Shown here: piece by piece, positions 1 to 14,060 of the stretch | Layout: every line of letters begins with the position of its first letter | How positions within the stretch are numbered: the stretch's first letter is position 1 | From: Azolla caroliniana | Lineage: Eukaryota; Plantae; Polypodiophyta | Assembly (NCBI GenBank): GCA_043228905.1 | Contig: JBHGNT010000009.1 | Span: 21,824,001-21,888,000, forward strand | Direction of reading: 5' to 3' | DNA: 64,000 nucleotides | Translations under genes and position numbers: made by a program | The notes under the pieces: model-generated | Databases searched by the model: none | Seen by the model: only the letters and a program-made list of their open reading frames with translations | What the model was told of the DNA's origin: nothing

Positions 1-1440
1 ACTCTAAATTCATTTTCCTCCCAATCATAAAAATGGTGAAGTGTTAGACACATACACTCATAAAAAGAGATTACGCAATCATACTAATCACACCTCGATC
101 AAGTATGAGAGTGACTAGAGTTTGACTAAATAACACTTCACACTAATCACTCACTTCACAAGTATGAGAGAGAGAGAGGTGTTAGAAATATTGAGAATCG
201 ATAGATAGGTATATAGAGTTACAACCACAAAGGTGGATATATGAAAATAAAACTTCTATTACATATGAGAGTAGCTCACATTGGTAGTTCACCCATGTGC
301 TCACACCTTAGAGCTTCGATGGGATCTAGACCAACTCATGACAAAATTAGTGCGGACTGATAATCAATCCAAACATTGTGTGAGAAAGTGGATATTCTAT
401 GTTTGGTCTGAGTATAGCATTAAATATGCAAGTCAGTTTATTGTAGTGGAGATATTCCATTTCTATCAACTAACTTGTCATTTATTATGACCCAACTCCT
501 TAGATACAGGCTAGTGCTAGATAGTACTTATCTTGAAGTCAATGGCACATACTTCAAGAAAGTACATCGTAACTTGCCCACAAAATATTCTAGTTGACTT
601 GATTAGCCAATCCTATTAGCCTACTTCGCTTCCTAAATACATTGTGTCCTACGTATCTATGGTTTCCTAGATTGACACCTTATCGACCCATATGGTCGAG
701 TTGCACACTAGCTGCTCCTCATTTTGGGCGTTATCACAACATGTGCACTCTAAGAGCACATATGGGGATAGATTTACAACTTGGGGCTGATCATTAATTA
801 TATCTAACAAGAGGGCTCTAGCTTATACCACAAAAGGATGAAAACTCAAGAATGAAGAAGAAGAGCTATAAAGGCACAAAAGTAACTTTTATAGCACTTT
901 TACAAAACAGTTCTCTTGCTTCACATTGGAGTGGCCAATAGGCTTAAAGAGCTGGAACTACTTTATTGTGTTCTCCTTCTCTTGGTCTCACGCTTGGCCA
1001 TTAGAACTATTGCCAATGTCTTCATGGGCCATGCTACGTATGACATTTACTTAACATGGCACATTAGAGAAAGAAAGAAGGAAAGAAATATATATTAACG
1101 TCTTCTAAGACCAAATTTGGCAAAACATTTGGTCAATCTAGTGTGAAGATTCAAGCCCAAGTAGGGACTTAGAGCTTGACAAAAAAGTGAGTTGTGCTTT
1201 TACAGTTAATCCTTTTGGAGTGTTGTAGAACAAGTATCAGAGACAAAAGGAGAGAACTCTCATTAATGACCTTGTACCTACTATTGTGAATCGTGAAGCC
1301 ACCATCTTGGATATTGTTTATTCAATCCATACATTGTCTCAATGTCTTTGAGTGTTGTGTTGTAAACGTGATCTTGTTATTATTAATTCTCAATCCTTTA
1401 GTTGTAGTTTATAATCTTTAGGACTTTAGGGATGCCTCAA

Positions 1441-1456
1441 GTGGTATCAATGAGTG
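1441..1456 (+). mobile_element. Degenerate tRNA-iMet primer-binding site of an old LTR retrotransposon remnant (LTR-like DNA upstream, decayed gag-like DNA downstream)
   Basis: ...cctca agTGGTATCAatgag resembles an LTR end (CA) followed by TGGTATCAGAGC; no intact ORF follows. Confidence 0.35.
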
Positions 1457-1788
1457 GCTCATCACACATGGAAGCACTTAAGGAACTTCTTGACTTTAGT
1501 AAGATTTTAGAGTTTTGGCAATTTCAAGCTAAAAATTATGCTTAGAAAAAGGAATTGTTGATGGATTTTTAAAAATGATCAAGGATTCCTCGAAAACAAA
1601 ATCAAAATCAAAATGTTTGATTTAGAGGAGGTAATGGAAACAAGTCAACAAGAAGAGATCAACTTCTAGTTCTTAGTAGTAGATTGTCAAAGGTTGAAGA
1701 AGATATGGAAGAAGTTATGTGGCACATGCAAGAAAAACGCCACATGATCAAGATCTACTTGATTCCAAAGTCTTATTAGATTTGAATG

Positions 1789-2354
1789 TGTTGCTCTCGT
1801 GGCCAACCACAACCAATTACCGTTCGTATATTCGTGTGCAAGAAGTAACGCTTAGACAAAAACCGAAGAACAGAATAACTAAAAAAACAGAGAACACATA
1901 GATTTTACCGTGGAAAACCCAAACTAGGAAAAACCACGTGGAGTCCACTTGCTCCGAAACAGATCATTGTGATGATGAGGGGGGTACAACAAGATACTCA
2001 GAGGAAACGATGTCGAGCTCTTCTTTATCAACAGACGGCTATTGAGTTGCACTTACTCACACCCTCCCTCTCTCACGCATTCTCACAGTTATAGAGAGCA
2101 CTTCCCCGTTCTAACTATCTCACAATAATGATACACCTATAATGATTGCCCTAGATGTTTATATACTAGTACAACTTTCGGACTATTTACAAGTATAGCC
2201 CACAGAGGCTTATTTCGACTATTTATAGATATAGTCTCCCGAGTTGGCTGTCTACACGATTTCAGTTTCGGCCTCGGCCTATCATCCTCGGCAGATTTTG
2301 ACAACATCGTTCAGCAATAGGGTCTAAGACGATACCGAATATGGAAGCAATTCA
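1789..2354. mobile_element. Probable solo LTR
   Basis: Begins TGTTG and ends TTCA; flanked by gaatg (1784-1788) and caatg (2355-2359), a 5-bp TSD with one mismatch; contains an LTR-like 'gattttaccgtggaaaaccc...aaaaaccacg' motif. Confidence 0.55.
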
Positions 2355-2959
2355 CAATGTTCATGTTCGCGTTGTCAAGCTCATGGGACACCTATTATGT
2401 GTTTGCTCGGCATGATCCCTATGAGTAGGAATGATGCATTATGGTTAGGTAGAGAGCACCGATTGGACTACGACCACCATATATAGTGAAGATCTTAATG
2501 TTCTCAAACTATTCTAGCACAACGTTGGTGTTCAATATAATCTCGTAACTCTTGTTCTTTCCAAATCGTTGTTGTAGAATCCTAAAAGTATTCCAAATCA
2601 TAATATGCCTACAATACATATTATGGTAAGTATTCTAAAAGTATTCTACCTTCTCTTTAAAATACTTAGAATATGTATTCCACAGATAAAATGTGTTAAA
2701 TATGTAGAATACATTGAATACTTCTTAAATTTAAAACGTTTTTTGAAATGTTAAATACTTATTGAATATGTTAAATATTATAAAATGGTTGTTCAAAAAC
2801 ATAGAATACGTGTAGAATACTTTAGACTCTAGAGTATTCTAAAACATCAAATAGAAATATAAAACTTAATTCAGAAGATTTGTGTATCCATTTCAAGTGA
2901 TCATTTGCTCACAATACTTCCATGTCCTATTTTCTATGATTACTCATACTATTTTCTAA

Positions 2960-4261
2960 GTTTGGGTGGTTTGTAGGTGAGGGCGATGCACAAATTATCC
3001 GAGGCAGGTGCCCATCTAATGAGTATCGTTTGTGGGGCAACCTAAGTGCTTTGGCAGACAATGGCCAGTGGTTGGCAATGCGGGTGGCAATGTTGGAAGG
3101 TAAGAAGTGGCAAGTAAACCCAGACCCAGGGAAGCTGGAATCTGATCGTAAACTCTGGATAGTTAACAACAAGCCCATATGTGATCTGGATTGGGATCCA
3201 CTAGAGGTGTGGTGGCAGAAACCGAGAACGGACAAACTTGAACAGTTTTTCGAGTACACTACCAAGCTAGGAAGGCAAATCATTGGCTCTAAATTGATGG
3301 GTGTTGGCCTAACTCGCAATAGTTGGAAGGATAAAGGCATTTCTGATGACTGGTTGAAGTCGTTTTGGAGGAGGCTATGGGCGCTCGATATGCCAGAAAA
3401 AATAAAGCTTTGGTTGTGGCTTCTTAGTCACAAAGCGGTGTCGGTGGGGGAGTGGCTTAGGTGTCGTGGTGGTGAGGCTGGATGCAAAAGTTGTGGACAC
3501 CCTTTGGAATCAATTCCTCATTGTTTTTGGAATTGCAGCGAGGCTATTAACATTTGGGGTAGAAGTCTCAGGATAGTGGCAGCATGCGGAGTGAATGGGA
3601 GAGTTGTATGGGGGTCCGTACAAGGGCTGAAGTTAACAAGGGAAGGTTGGGCTGAACAGTTAAACCCCCACGGACATGGTTTTATAGTGCAGGATGGCAA
3701 GGTGTTTCAACGGGCTGGAGTTCGACATGGCACTAACTCAGAATTTTTTGAAGAGATATGGATGATGGTGTCTTGTTTATCGGTATGGCACATTTGGACC
3801 AACCGTTGTAAATTTGTTTTTCAACAACAAAAGATCCCTAGCGGTGAGGTATTATTAAATATATGGTTTGAGTTGGTATCTTGGCTGCGGGGACGATACG
3901 ACTCAATTAAGGGGGAATCTGATGCAGCTGAAAGATCTCGATCAAAGTTCTTGCTGAAATGGGGTAATTCTCCTATGGTGGGCAGATCATCATCAGGGCC
4001 TCAATGGAACTACCAAGCACCCCGATGGCTGTTTCCGGTTTCCAACAGCGTCTAGGTGTTGTAAATCTATATAGATATGGTACAAATTATTAGGTTATTG
4101 GAGTTGTTTGGATATGTTTGTTGAAAATGAGGTGGGGACTATGTCCACTTTGGTGGGAAGGCCAGAGTGAGGGCTGGTGAGAGGAACTTTGGGTGTTCTA
4201 TGATGTAATTTTGTTTGCTAACTAATGCGAAGTAGTGTTTTTCTGGAAAAAAAAAAAAAAA
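2960..4261 (+). mobile_element. 5'-truncated L1-clade LINE (ORF2 C-terminus with zf-RVT, 3' UTR, poly(A))
   Basis: ORF 3030-4055 has CKSCGHPLESIPHCFWNC (zf-RVT) and aligns by eye with the C-terminal third of ORF 14061-17753 (LDWDP, FFEY, WxxQxPxWLFP); poly(A) at about 4247-4261; no TSD found. Confidence 0.9.
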
Positions 4262-5949
4262 GATGCACCCAATGCTCCCTTGTCTTATTTTGTACTCCAA
4301 TAGTTTGACCATTTTTTAACTAGGTCTATAACATGACTAGACATTAGGAATGAAATGTTTGCGCAAGAAGTGATATTTCTCTATAGTATTATGATGATAT
4401 ATGCTTTTCTATTTTTAGATACAAGACACCAATGGTACCTTAACCTATAATATGTTAGGGCAATCATTCTTTTTCTTTCACTTAATTATGTTGGTTCATA
4501 TCTCTACTTATAAGATTAACCATAAAATATAATCTCTTGACCCTTGATGTTATCATCAACATTGACCCCCACAACACAATCCTTATTTCCCAAGGCATGG
4601 AATGGCACCATTATTGTCTCTTACCCCATATTCACAACAAAGTATATTTGTGAGAAGAACTTGAGCCAAGTAAGAATGGATGCAAATTTTGGCACATGGA
4701 TGTGATAGATAAATGAGATGTAAAACTTAAAAATGCCTATAAAATAAGTATGTAGAAGAAGTCACCCAAATTTGTAAGGAGTTTGGTTGGTAAAACAGTG
4801 CTCCTGAATTCACTTCTTTTGGTAAGTATTTGAAGCTAGGACAAAGTTAACTTTCCTAATTGGAATTTAAGAGAGTTGGTATACCACCCTCCATTCCTAG
4901 TGTTGGAATGCCCAATAAAATGTGTGTGTGTTTCCACTACACAACTTTGTGAGAATTCGTAGTTCAAGATATCACATGCTAACACTCAATGTGGCATCGC
5001 CACCGTTATACATGGCATAAATTAAAGATTGCAAAAATTATTGCCTCATAGATTCATTGGGTTGGTGTTAAATTACTACATGCAAGTCTAGTGTAACGAA
5101 GGTTTGATGATGTACTATATATCATTTAAGCTTTGGTAGAGAATCGAGATCATATAACTACTCATTGGCTCCTACAATCGACATTTTATGTCAACTTTTT
5201 GTTTTAGTTTAGAGTTGAGACACTCTAAGTGCTAGTTTAATGCTTCCAAAAAAAAATGATTTTATGGGATTGCTTTCCATAACACAAATAATGGAAACTA
5301 ACACAGCATTGTTGTAAATAATGGCAATGCTAGTTATATTCGCATAAGCTTTTTGATGGAGGTTGTTGGATAATATGCATCATATCACATAGGCCAATGT
5401 GAACTAAATAAAAGCATTTCAAATTTTATTATATCAAAGGTAATTGCAATTTCCTAGGATTTATAAGCGAGATTTGCTTCCTACCCCAAAGTTGTCTCTC
5501 TTAAAAAATTAGTGTTGTAGAGTTGGGTGCATCTCAAACATTGTAGAGTTTTTTCAACCTAAACTAAAATCCGGTTCGCTAGAATCATATGAAGATTGTA
5601 TCATAACCATATAATATCATTGAGAAGGGAAACAAAATTTGTGGAAGTACAAACACATTAGTGTCTCCCGAAGGAAGTAAAAAGGGGGATTGCACGTTGA
5701 TCCATTGGAAAGCAATTTTAGTCATAGCTAACCATGAAAAGTAGAAAACCCATTTGTGAAATGTGTTTTGCATTGGTAATCTTGTAGCTAACAACATGTA
5801 GAATGGCAATATGTAAAAGCGGTTGTTGCATTGTAAACAAATTTTCAATTCATATAACCTTAATACTTCGTATGAGAAAATGCATTCACATAATTGAACC
5901 AAGTTACGTATGCATACAACTGCATGGATGAGTACCATTAGATCTCAAC

Positions 5950-6350
5950 TTTACTCTTATACTTTTTTAAAATAGATGATGATCAACCATCTATAGTCCT
6001 ATTGTCTATTGTGAGGTTGTGCTAAATTTATAAGGTTGATCCATGAAGTTGGTGAGGTCAAAAGTTCCTACCATTGTAAGGATTTTTATTTGGATGACAA
6101 ACCAATTTTAAACACTTAGTAGTTCAAGTGTGCAAGTGTGGAGTGGCCATATTGAATGGTATGTGCAACTCATCAATGTTACCAGTCCATAAGGTCAATA
6201 TTGATTGGTGGGATGTGTAAGAAAATGCATCTTTCTTCCCGATGTTATTAAAGCTTTTGATGTTACAGAATTTTTTATCCATTGGCGTTGAAGCACATAC
6301 AAGAGTCTATGTTTGCGCTCTTTGTCACCCAACAATTATTAAGTGCACTA
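5950..6350 (+). pseudogene. Highly decayed Ty3/gypsy RT-RNaseH linker remnant
   Basis: A fragment reading LPDVIKAFDVT resembles the gypsy LPDFxKPFxVxTDAS motif; many stop codons. Confidence 0.3.
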
Positions 6351-6848
6351 ATGTAGCTATACTACCATGTGTTTATAAATTATGAGTGACATATTTCCTA
6401 CTACAAATGACATGGTTCAACATTTTATGGTTATCTTTAATTTTTATGTGATCCTAAATCAAAACCTCTCCTAATCAACAAGGATAAGTAATCTAAGTGG
6501 TTGGCCTTTCTAATTAATGCAATCCTACTTTCTAATAAGTAAATTGACTTTCAAACATGTTCCCAATCAAATCAATAGACATCAAATTTTAATTGAAATG
6601 AAACAACTCCCAAATTTGTAATAAGACTGTACAATTTATTCTTTAATAGACTCAAGTAATAAATCCACAAAACTTGGACATATGTTTAATAATCTTAATT
6701 TCCAAGTGGTGACAAGGAGGGATCCTCGAGTTATATGTAATTCATGAGACCAACAAAGTAATCAACAATCATGTACAAAATGATGTGCTCAAATGCATCA
6801 ATATTAAAAACATCATAGTAGACATTTAAATGGAAACAAGCAAATCGA

Positions 6849-7298
6849 TCACATCACAATCTGGATGTTTTGTTGGAGGTTGAAAGCTTTGGTGGGATGG
6901 TATTTACCAATTCCAGCGAAGGATTTGAAGTATGTGAAACCAGGATGTGTCTCTTGGTCGGTAATCTCACTTATGGGCACCCACAAAAGAAACTCTTTCG
7001 CCTTCACCCCTTGTAGTTTCTTTAGCTTCTTCTTCTCTAGGTACCCACTCACTTCTTGTCCATATGACACCTTCGTCTTTATATCATCGAACATGTGTTC
7101 TGTCTTCTGCTTCTGCTTTATCCAGAAGTATCCCGTCTCCTGCACAAAACCCATCTCCTCGATTTCCTCCAACGGGAGTAACCCATCTGGAAGACCAATG
7201 TCTTTTAGCAATGAAAGTGCCTTAGCTACACATGCGTCATGCCCATAGTGCACTTCTGCCCCTACCTTCTTAATATCATTCACTAACATTGAAGCCAT
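6849..7298 (-). CDS. DUF538 family protein, intronless, 149 aa
   Basis: Typical DUF538 motifs LLxxxGLPxGLLPL, GYFWIKQK, VSY...V.GY, L.GVKAKE.LLWV; TATA-like element (minus-strand TATATATAAG) at about 7425-7434. Confidence 0.93.
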   Translation of the reverse strand: MASMLVNDIKKVGAEVHYGHDACVAKALSLLKDIGLPDGLLPLEEIEEMGFVQETGYFWIKQKQKTEHMFDDIKTKVSYGQEVSGYLEKKKLKKLQGVKAKEFLLWVPISEITDQETHPGFTYFKSFAGIGKYHPTKAFNLQQNIQIVM

Positions 7299-7466
7299 TC
7301 GATTGTAATCCTAAGTTTATCTAAACTCAATGGTCTAGCTTTTTCTATAGTCTTGTCCTAAAATAAAATACACACAATATGAATGAACTTGCCTTCCCTA
7401 GGAATCCATCCCTTGTCATTTGGACTTATATATAGCATTTTCAAGCCTGACTTTATTTGGTGGTGG

Positions 7467-7895
7467 GAGCTACTTCTCATAACTCTCCCTTATGGGTTGT
7501 TCTATCCAAAAAAGTTTTAAGTATGATAAATTTTACTCATATCTTTCGATAAGTATACTAACTAGTAATTCACCAAACATGTGAATGTAAAACCTTGGCA
7601 TCCATTGTTGAGCTACTTCTCATAACTCTTCCTTATGGGTTGTTCTATCCAAACAAGTTTTAAGTATGACAAACTTTACTGATATCTTTCGATAAGTATA
7701 CTAACGGGTAATTCACCAAACATGTGAATGTAAAACCTTGGTATCCATTGTTGAGCTACTTCTCATAACTCTCCCTTATGGGTTGTTCTATCCAAACAAG
7801 TTTTAAGTATGAAAAAGTTTACTCATATCTTTCGATGAGTATACTAACTAGTAATTCACCAAACATGTGAATGTAAAACCTTGTCATCCATTGTT
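7467..7895. repeat. Tandem repeat, 3 x 143 bp, in the DUF538 promoter
   Basis: Units start at 7467, 7610 and 7753 (gagctacttctcataactct...catccattgtt) and are nearly identical. Confidence 0.95.
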
Positions 7896-9871
7896 ACATC
7901 ATAGCAATGACATTCAAGATAGAGCTCATTTTGGACATCCCCGAACTTGTACAATTATTTAATGCCCATAATTAAATTGTTATGCGTTGATTGGTTTTGT
8001 TTGGTTGGGGGTTTGTTGAAGAACACTTTTCAAACTCATGCCATGAACCCAATAATCATAAAGCACAATTCATGAAGTTGTCAATTAGAAATATCTAGAA
8101 AAAGAGCATATTCCAACAATGAATTGGTGGAAGTTCTTCCTATTTTATGGATGGCGTGAAAGCATTTAATTGCCAAACTTTTACGTTAGTTAATATCAAC
8201 ATTGGTGCATTGATTGGGTTTTGCTCAAGCAGGCCTTTTTGGCGTTGGATGCAATACACAAATGAAGGTGGCACAAAAGCATTTTAATGTTGGCATTTAT
8301 TTTGGTTGATGTTGATGCTTCGGCATAAATTGGGTAGTTTTTCAAGAATGCCTTTTTGGAGCCACATTCATTGAATGACATTGACAACTACATACAAACA
8401 TTGAAACTCTCCCGTCGAATGTACTTCACATGGGTGATCAACAATTTTAAGGGAACATAATATACATCTATAGAAGGATTATGGTCATGGAATGTTGCTT
8501 TCTTGAATTCAGTTTTCACGCGATGATATGTTTAGGACCACCTACATGACAACTTTAGATTATTTCCAAGTATTTGATGTATTTAGAAGAAGTGTTGTAG
8601 CACAATTCAAATATAGCTAGCATGCCATCATTTAGGGAAGAATACCAAAGTATAGGCAAAAATTAAAACATAACTAGCCTATTATCTTTTATTTAAAGAT
8701 GCTGAAATACTACAACGTGCAAAAGGTTTACCATAATAGCTGGTAATGTTCCAAACATTAGTGAGAACTCCAATATGTTTCATAGTACAATGCTGCATTC
8801 CACTCATTTGTTTTTAGTAGTTTGTGTGAGAACATTCTTGCAATTGAGTATTTCATTGATTTGCACTTAGCATGATTCTTAAATGTAAATTAGTAGTGTT
8901 GCTAAGCATTGTAATAGGAATGCCCATGGACACCTATTTTCCTTTACTATTAGTTATCAAGGCTAAAATTGGAGCATCAAGCAATGTGATCAAACTACAA
9001 ATGCTAGGAAAGTGACAACATCATAAGAACAATTCTAATACATGTGACGAACTTCCATGATCGTTTTATGATTCTTTACCGCTCGGAAGACACATTTTTA
9101 CATTTCTAACATGAAGCATCGATGACTAAATCACATCTCAATCCACTTATTATAGATGATGCAGCAGAGATGGCGATTATCATCCTACCATTAGTTAGCT
9201 TCATTCATTTTCACTTCCTTTCTATATTAAGGCAGAACCAAAAAAGAGGATGATATAAATAGCAGTGACAACCACATAAAGAGAGCCAGCCAAGTTTACG
9301 CACCTTTCGACCTTTGCACAAACCATCATTTTGGAAAGATCAATGTCTGTAAAAGAGTTTGTTCATTACAACATTCTCTCGAGCATTAACATTATGAATT
9401 GTATCATTCCAACATTCTCTTGAATACAGCCTCGCATGTATCACATTCTATTCACAGCAGGAATAAAGATGTAGAAACCCATTAATTCTTCTTCCATATT
9501 TATGCTCTCTACTATTGAGATTTGAGGCACACTTTAACCCCTGCCCCCCTCCTTAATACACTTGATCACACAATTTATTGTCTCCTCAATCAAAATTTAT
9601 AAGTTGATACATAGCACCACCATATATCCATATTTTCTCGGACAAATTCAGTGAAAATAACACAACAATCATTACTAAAACCATAAACAGTAATTCATGC
9701 CAAAGCACATACTCAAAGATTATGAGCTTATATCAAAATCACACAATGCTATATGGTACCAACTCAAATTTTTAAGAGCTACAGCAAATAGCCGCAAAGC
9801 TATACCCCGTGGAAATTGAGGTTATCAAACTTCTTCCTTTGTGTCAAAGTTCAACATCACTCAAAAGAAAA

Positions 9872-12800
9872 CTAATCTTCCTCCTCTGCTTCCTCCAACC
9901 ATTTGACAAATGGTTCAAGACCCTTCACAAATGTTTGTCTACAAACAGATGGAAAATCAATTATGTAAGTAAGAAATATATCATCGATATAGATTCAATA
10001 ATCATCAGTGAGAAGAACACCAACAAAATGGAGATTTGCTAGTTAATCAAGCAAAACAAAAAGCTGTATACATCCTTACCTCCCTTTCAGATTGGAGCCT
10101 CTTTTGAACCAGACAACAATGGTGTCTTCCGAAACTACATCCTGATCGTATAAAGCTCGAATAATCTCAGGAAACAATTTCATAAGCTTTGCATCTTCAT
10201 AGCAATATGTTTGGATGGTATACATCAATTCCAACTCAAGCTTTCCAGTAGTAGTGAAGGAGCCAAGTAAAGCACCCCATGTTTTCACCTGTAATGAATG
10301 GACATCTCTTCCTCAATCAATGCTAGGCATTTAGTTTTACCGTTTGCTTGATGGCCAAGCAAACTGTTATTAAATCTTAAGGCATTCAGCTCATTAGAAA
10401 TTGGTATTCTGGAAAAAATGCAAAAGAAACATTTTGGTAATAAATACACACAAAAATGACCATATTTAAGAATCGTATGCATGATAATTGCATCTAACAT
10501 ACCCATATAGAACCAAATTACCAACAAAAAAGTGCCCATTCTAGTGTCTCCTTCCCATTTCAAATTAGTTCACAACAACATCAATGTTAGAGACAAATTC
10601 GAGAACCTTGTAACATATATGCAAAAAGAAAAAAAAACAGAATTATAAAGACATTACCTGTCGCAATGCAAGATTGATATTCTGCTGTTGATTCTTTCCT
10701 GACCACTGGATAGCATCCATTAGAGCATCCCACACAGTTTGTACCACATCCACATCTGGTAAGGTGGCTTCTTTGCGGCGTTGCTTCACAGATTCAATAA
10801 CCTCTGTCATGTCAGTTTCCTCAGAAATCTGATCAGTCAAGCTACTCTTTAATTCCTTCAACTTCACATCAAAAACCTTCTTCCTGTTGTAGTCAACAAG
10901 CTGACCTAACCCTGCTTTGCTGCAACAAAGAAAGAGATAGCACAAAAATCCATATCAAGCTAATGTCCACATGTCAAGAAAAACATAAAAGGGAATATCT
11001 CCTGACATAAAATACCCATAGCTTTATTCCTATTTACCAGAATACCCTAGGTTTCCAAAAATTACCAGAATAACCCTCTATAACATATACCATTTTGAAG
11101 ACTGGGGGGTACTCTGGTACTTGATAAAATCCCTAGAGGTGTTCTTCTGATAACCAAAAGGCTAGGCATATGTTTTGTGTTTTTCCACAAAGAAAGAATT
11201 TAGATGGAACCTGAAATGGTCAGCAAATGCATCGATGCTCCTCTTTTGCATTGGGAAGAACTCCAAAAGGCGATCCTCAATTTTAGCACGTTTCAGAAGC
11301 CCAACTAGATCATCAAAGCTGTTCTCCACAAGGTATTCTTTAAAGCAATCAGTTATGAAGCCAAGGACAGTGCCCTTGGCAACAAGGCTGTCTTTTAGTA
11401 AGGCCGCAAAGATAGTTTCGGGAGGAAGACCAGAGAGCTTTTGTGAAAAAGTGAGGGCAGTAAATATTGCTAACTTTAGGCGATCATCTTGTCCATAAAG
11501 TTCCAATGATTGGAGCTGCCTTTGCATCACATTCTCAAGGGATTTTATCATAAACGGGCGGCGGCGTATGATCTTTTGGATAAAGAGAACATGTGGCAAA
11601 ATTTTCTCTCGTGATGGTTCACAGTTCAAGATCGAGAAATGCTGCCTTTCATCTTCCTCAGGTTTTGTTGTCCCGAGTTGAAAACGACCTCCGGTATACA
11701 CAACCTGTACATATCATAGTTTTAGGAATACCCATACAACTCCATAAATTATTCATTTTGAAATGAATTCTAAAAAAATAGTAAAAAAGTAAAATAAACA
11801 TCTATGCAGCAATTACCTCGAAAAAGGTTTCACCATATCTTGAGAAGTCAAGATCTGAAGCCTCAATATCTTTGGCAATAAGCTCCTGGAAGTAAACAGG
11901 GCCATGATATAAAATTAAACTGTATATAGAAGCATGATGTGGTTTTATATCGATCTATGGAAATATGATGTTGTATATTTATTTTGGAAAATTCAAAGAA
12001 AATATACCAAGTCTCCATCATGTTCAAGATAGATTTGGACAATAGCATCCGCAAAACTTGCAGGATCTAAAGGAGCTGCTATATTCCGTTTGCGGGTCTT
12101 GATCCGCGTGCCACTGAAGTAGAATGTATATGTAGTTTGAGTTGAGGATAACCCAAAAATGAAACACGGCTTAAATTTATCTAACATAAATTCATCTTAT
12201 CTAGCATTATTTATTCAACTCAATATATTTATCCATATTTACAAAATAAATGTATATTATCTAACATTATTTATACAACCCAATAAGAAAAACATCATAT
12301 ATTTATCAATATTCACGAAATAAGTTCATCTTATCTAACATTATTTATACAAACCAATATGAAAGCAGCAATATATTTATCCATATTTTCAACATAAATT
12401 TATACAACCTAATATGAAAGCATGGATATATTTATCCATATTTCCAACATAAATTTGTACAACCCAATATGAAAGCATGGATATATTTATCCATATCGCC
12501 AACATAAATTTATACAACCCAATGTGAAAGCATCAATATTTTTATCCATATTTCCAACATAAATTTATCTGTTGTGGGTATATTATCCATACATACACAA
12601 AGCAAAAATGCCCCATCGTCATGAACGGTTGTATATGCAAAAAAGTGAATTCATGCAGAAATACTTCATACATCTAACGGTATATTGAGAGATTGTGAAA
12701 TTAAGAGCACACATGGATTCTATAAATTTCTCAATCAGTGAGATGTGACTTGCACCCTATGGGTGCGGTGCTACAACTATCAGGATACAGCAAATTTATG

Positions 12801-13580
12801 GCTCTGTAATTATGCATTTTACCTTACCTTTTCACAAACTATTACTATTGAATACATTCATCACAGCCCTAAATGATCCTATGAATGCCAAATGATGCAT
12901 ATAAGATAATCACATATGACATCATGAATTACAGAGAATAATTTCAAGCACAAAACCTACTAGCTTGAAAAATGGAAAAACCAACACTACAAATTGAATG
13001 TATTTATATATAACAAATTCTAAAGAAAAATTTAAAGAGACTCACCCAAGGGTTGGCTTCTCCTTAGTGCTGCAAAAAAGAATGAACAGTAGAAGAAATA
13101 AGAAATAAGAAACAATGGGGTCAGTTCAACAGAAGAAATAATAGTAGGAGAACCGTAAAAAAACTCAAGAGAAACACTGTAGAACAGAGCAGATCGGAAA
13201 GAGAAGAAATAGAGGAAGAATTATGCCAAATATGTATACACATACACAGTCAATATACATACATCCCTTACAGAAAAGTAATAATAGATCTATATTGCGA
13301 ACTTTGCTTTTTCTACTGAAAAAACGGCGATGAAAACAGAGAATTATGGATCTATCAAATGAAGAAGATCGTGGTGGTGGAGGAGATGATGACAAAGGAA
13401 TGGAAACACTGCCGATCTATATAGACATGTGAAAATAAAGCAGAGGGGAGCGAGGAAGCTGAGTAGAAAACAGAGCAGAGAGAGAAGAAATAAGAAAGTA
13501 AAGAGAAACAGAGTAAGGAGAAGAAAAACGTCGTGTGTGTGAGAGAGAGAGAGAGAAAGAGAAAGAGATATTTACCTCAT
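9872..13580 (-). CDS. BZW: Basic leucine zipper and W2 domain protein / eIF5-mimic protein (5MP), 8 coding exons
   Basis: Exons 13580-13576, 13069-13046, 12113-12008, 11885-11817, 11704-11211, 10919-10658, 10288-10080, 9938-9872, all GT-AG. Splices to MSTKEKPTLGGTRIKTRKRNIAAPLDP...RYGETFFE...KLAIFTAL...QWSGKNQQQN...FVKWLEEAEEED*, matching plant BZW proteins and the W2 acidic/aromatic C-terminus. Confidence 0.95.
10991..11160. mobile_element. Degenerate Mutator-type MITE remnant in a BZW intron
   Basis: gggaa...ctatttaccagaataccct...tccaaaaattaccagaataaccct resembles the TIR of the element at 62114-62426; a partial inverted copy follows (ggggtactctggtac). Confidence 0.5.
12170..12570. repeat. 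Degenerate approx. 55-60 bp minisatellite in BZW intron 2
   Basis: Recurring atttatccatattt(c)caacataaattt(a/g)tacaacccaatatgaaagca units. Confidence 0.8.
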
Positions 13581-13727
13581 AAACTGAGACTTGGGTTATG
13601 GAGAAGCAGAGATGTACTTAACAGAAGCTCTCTCTGTCTCTCCTCTCTGTGTGTGAAGGAGAAGAGCTTGAGTGGAGAGATCAGAGGAGGAGGAGAGCAG
13701 CTGGAAGGAGACAGTATTTCTATATGG

Positions 13728-13729
13728 CA

Positions 13730-13761
<32 letters not shown>

Positions 13762-13990
13762 CATATACATACATACATAACATACATACATACATACATC
13801 CATACATACATCCATACATACATACATAACATACATACATACACATACACATACACACATACACATACATACATACACACACACATACATTTACATATAC
13901 ATATGTGTATTCATATACATAAAACATATACATATACATATTGTGAAATGCACATAAGAACACATGCACACCAAAATGTACATATACATA
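13728..13990. repeat. Compound (CATA)n/(CA)n/(TA)n microsatellite upstream of BZW
   Basis: Directly visible. Confidence 0.95.
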
Positions 13991-14060
13991 CGTTATTTTA
14001 TTTTATTTTTAAAGAAGATATCCTGTCATTAGTATAAACAAATTACAAGATTTTAAACCT

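Noticed and set aside
1-900. Possible solo LTR at the window start
   Set aside because: LTR-like composition, but I could not define termini, a TSD or a PBS.
2980-2995. gatgcac as a TSD for the 2960-4261 LINE
   Set aside because: LINE-like coding sequence continues upstream of this 7-mer, so the match is probably coincidental.
13533-14037. Overlapping ORFs rich in YIHT/MYVC
   Set aside because: They are translations of the CATA/CA microsatellite.
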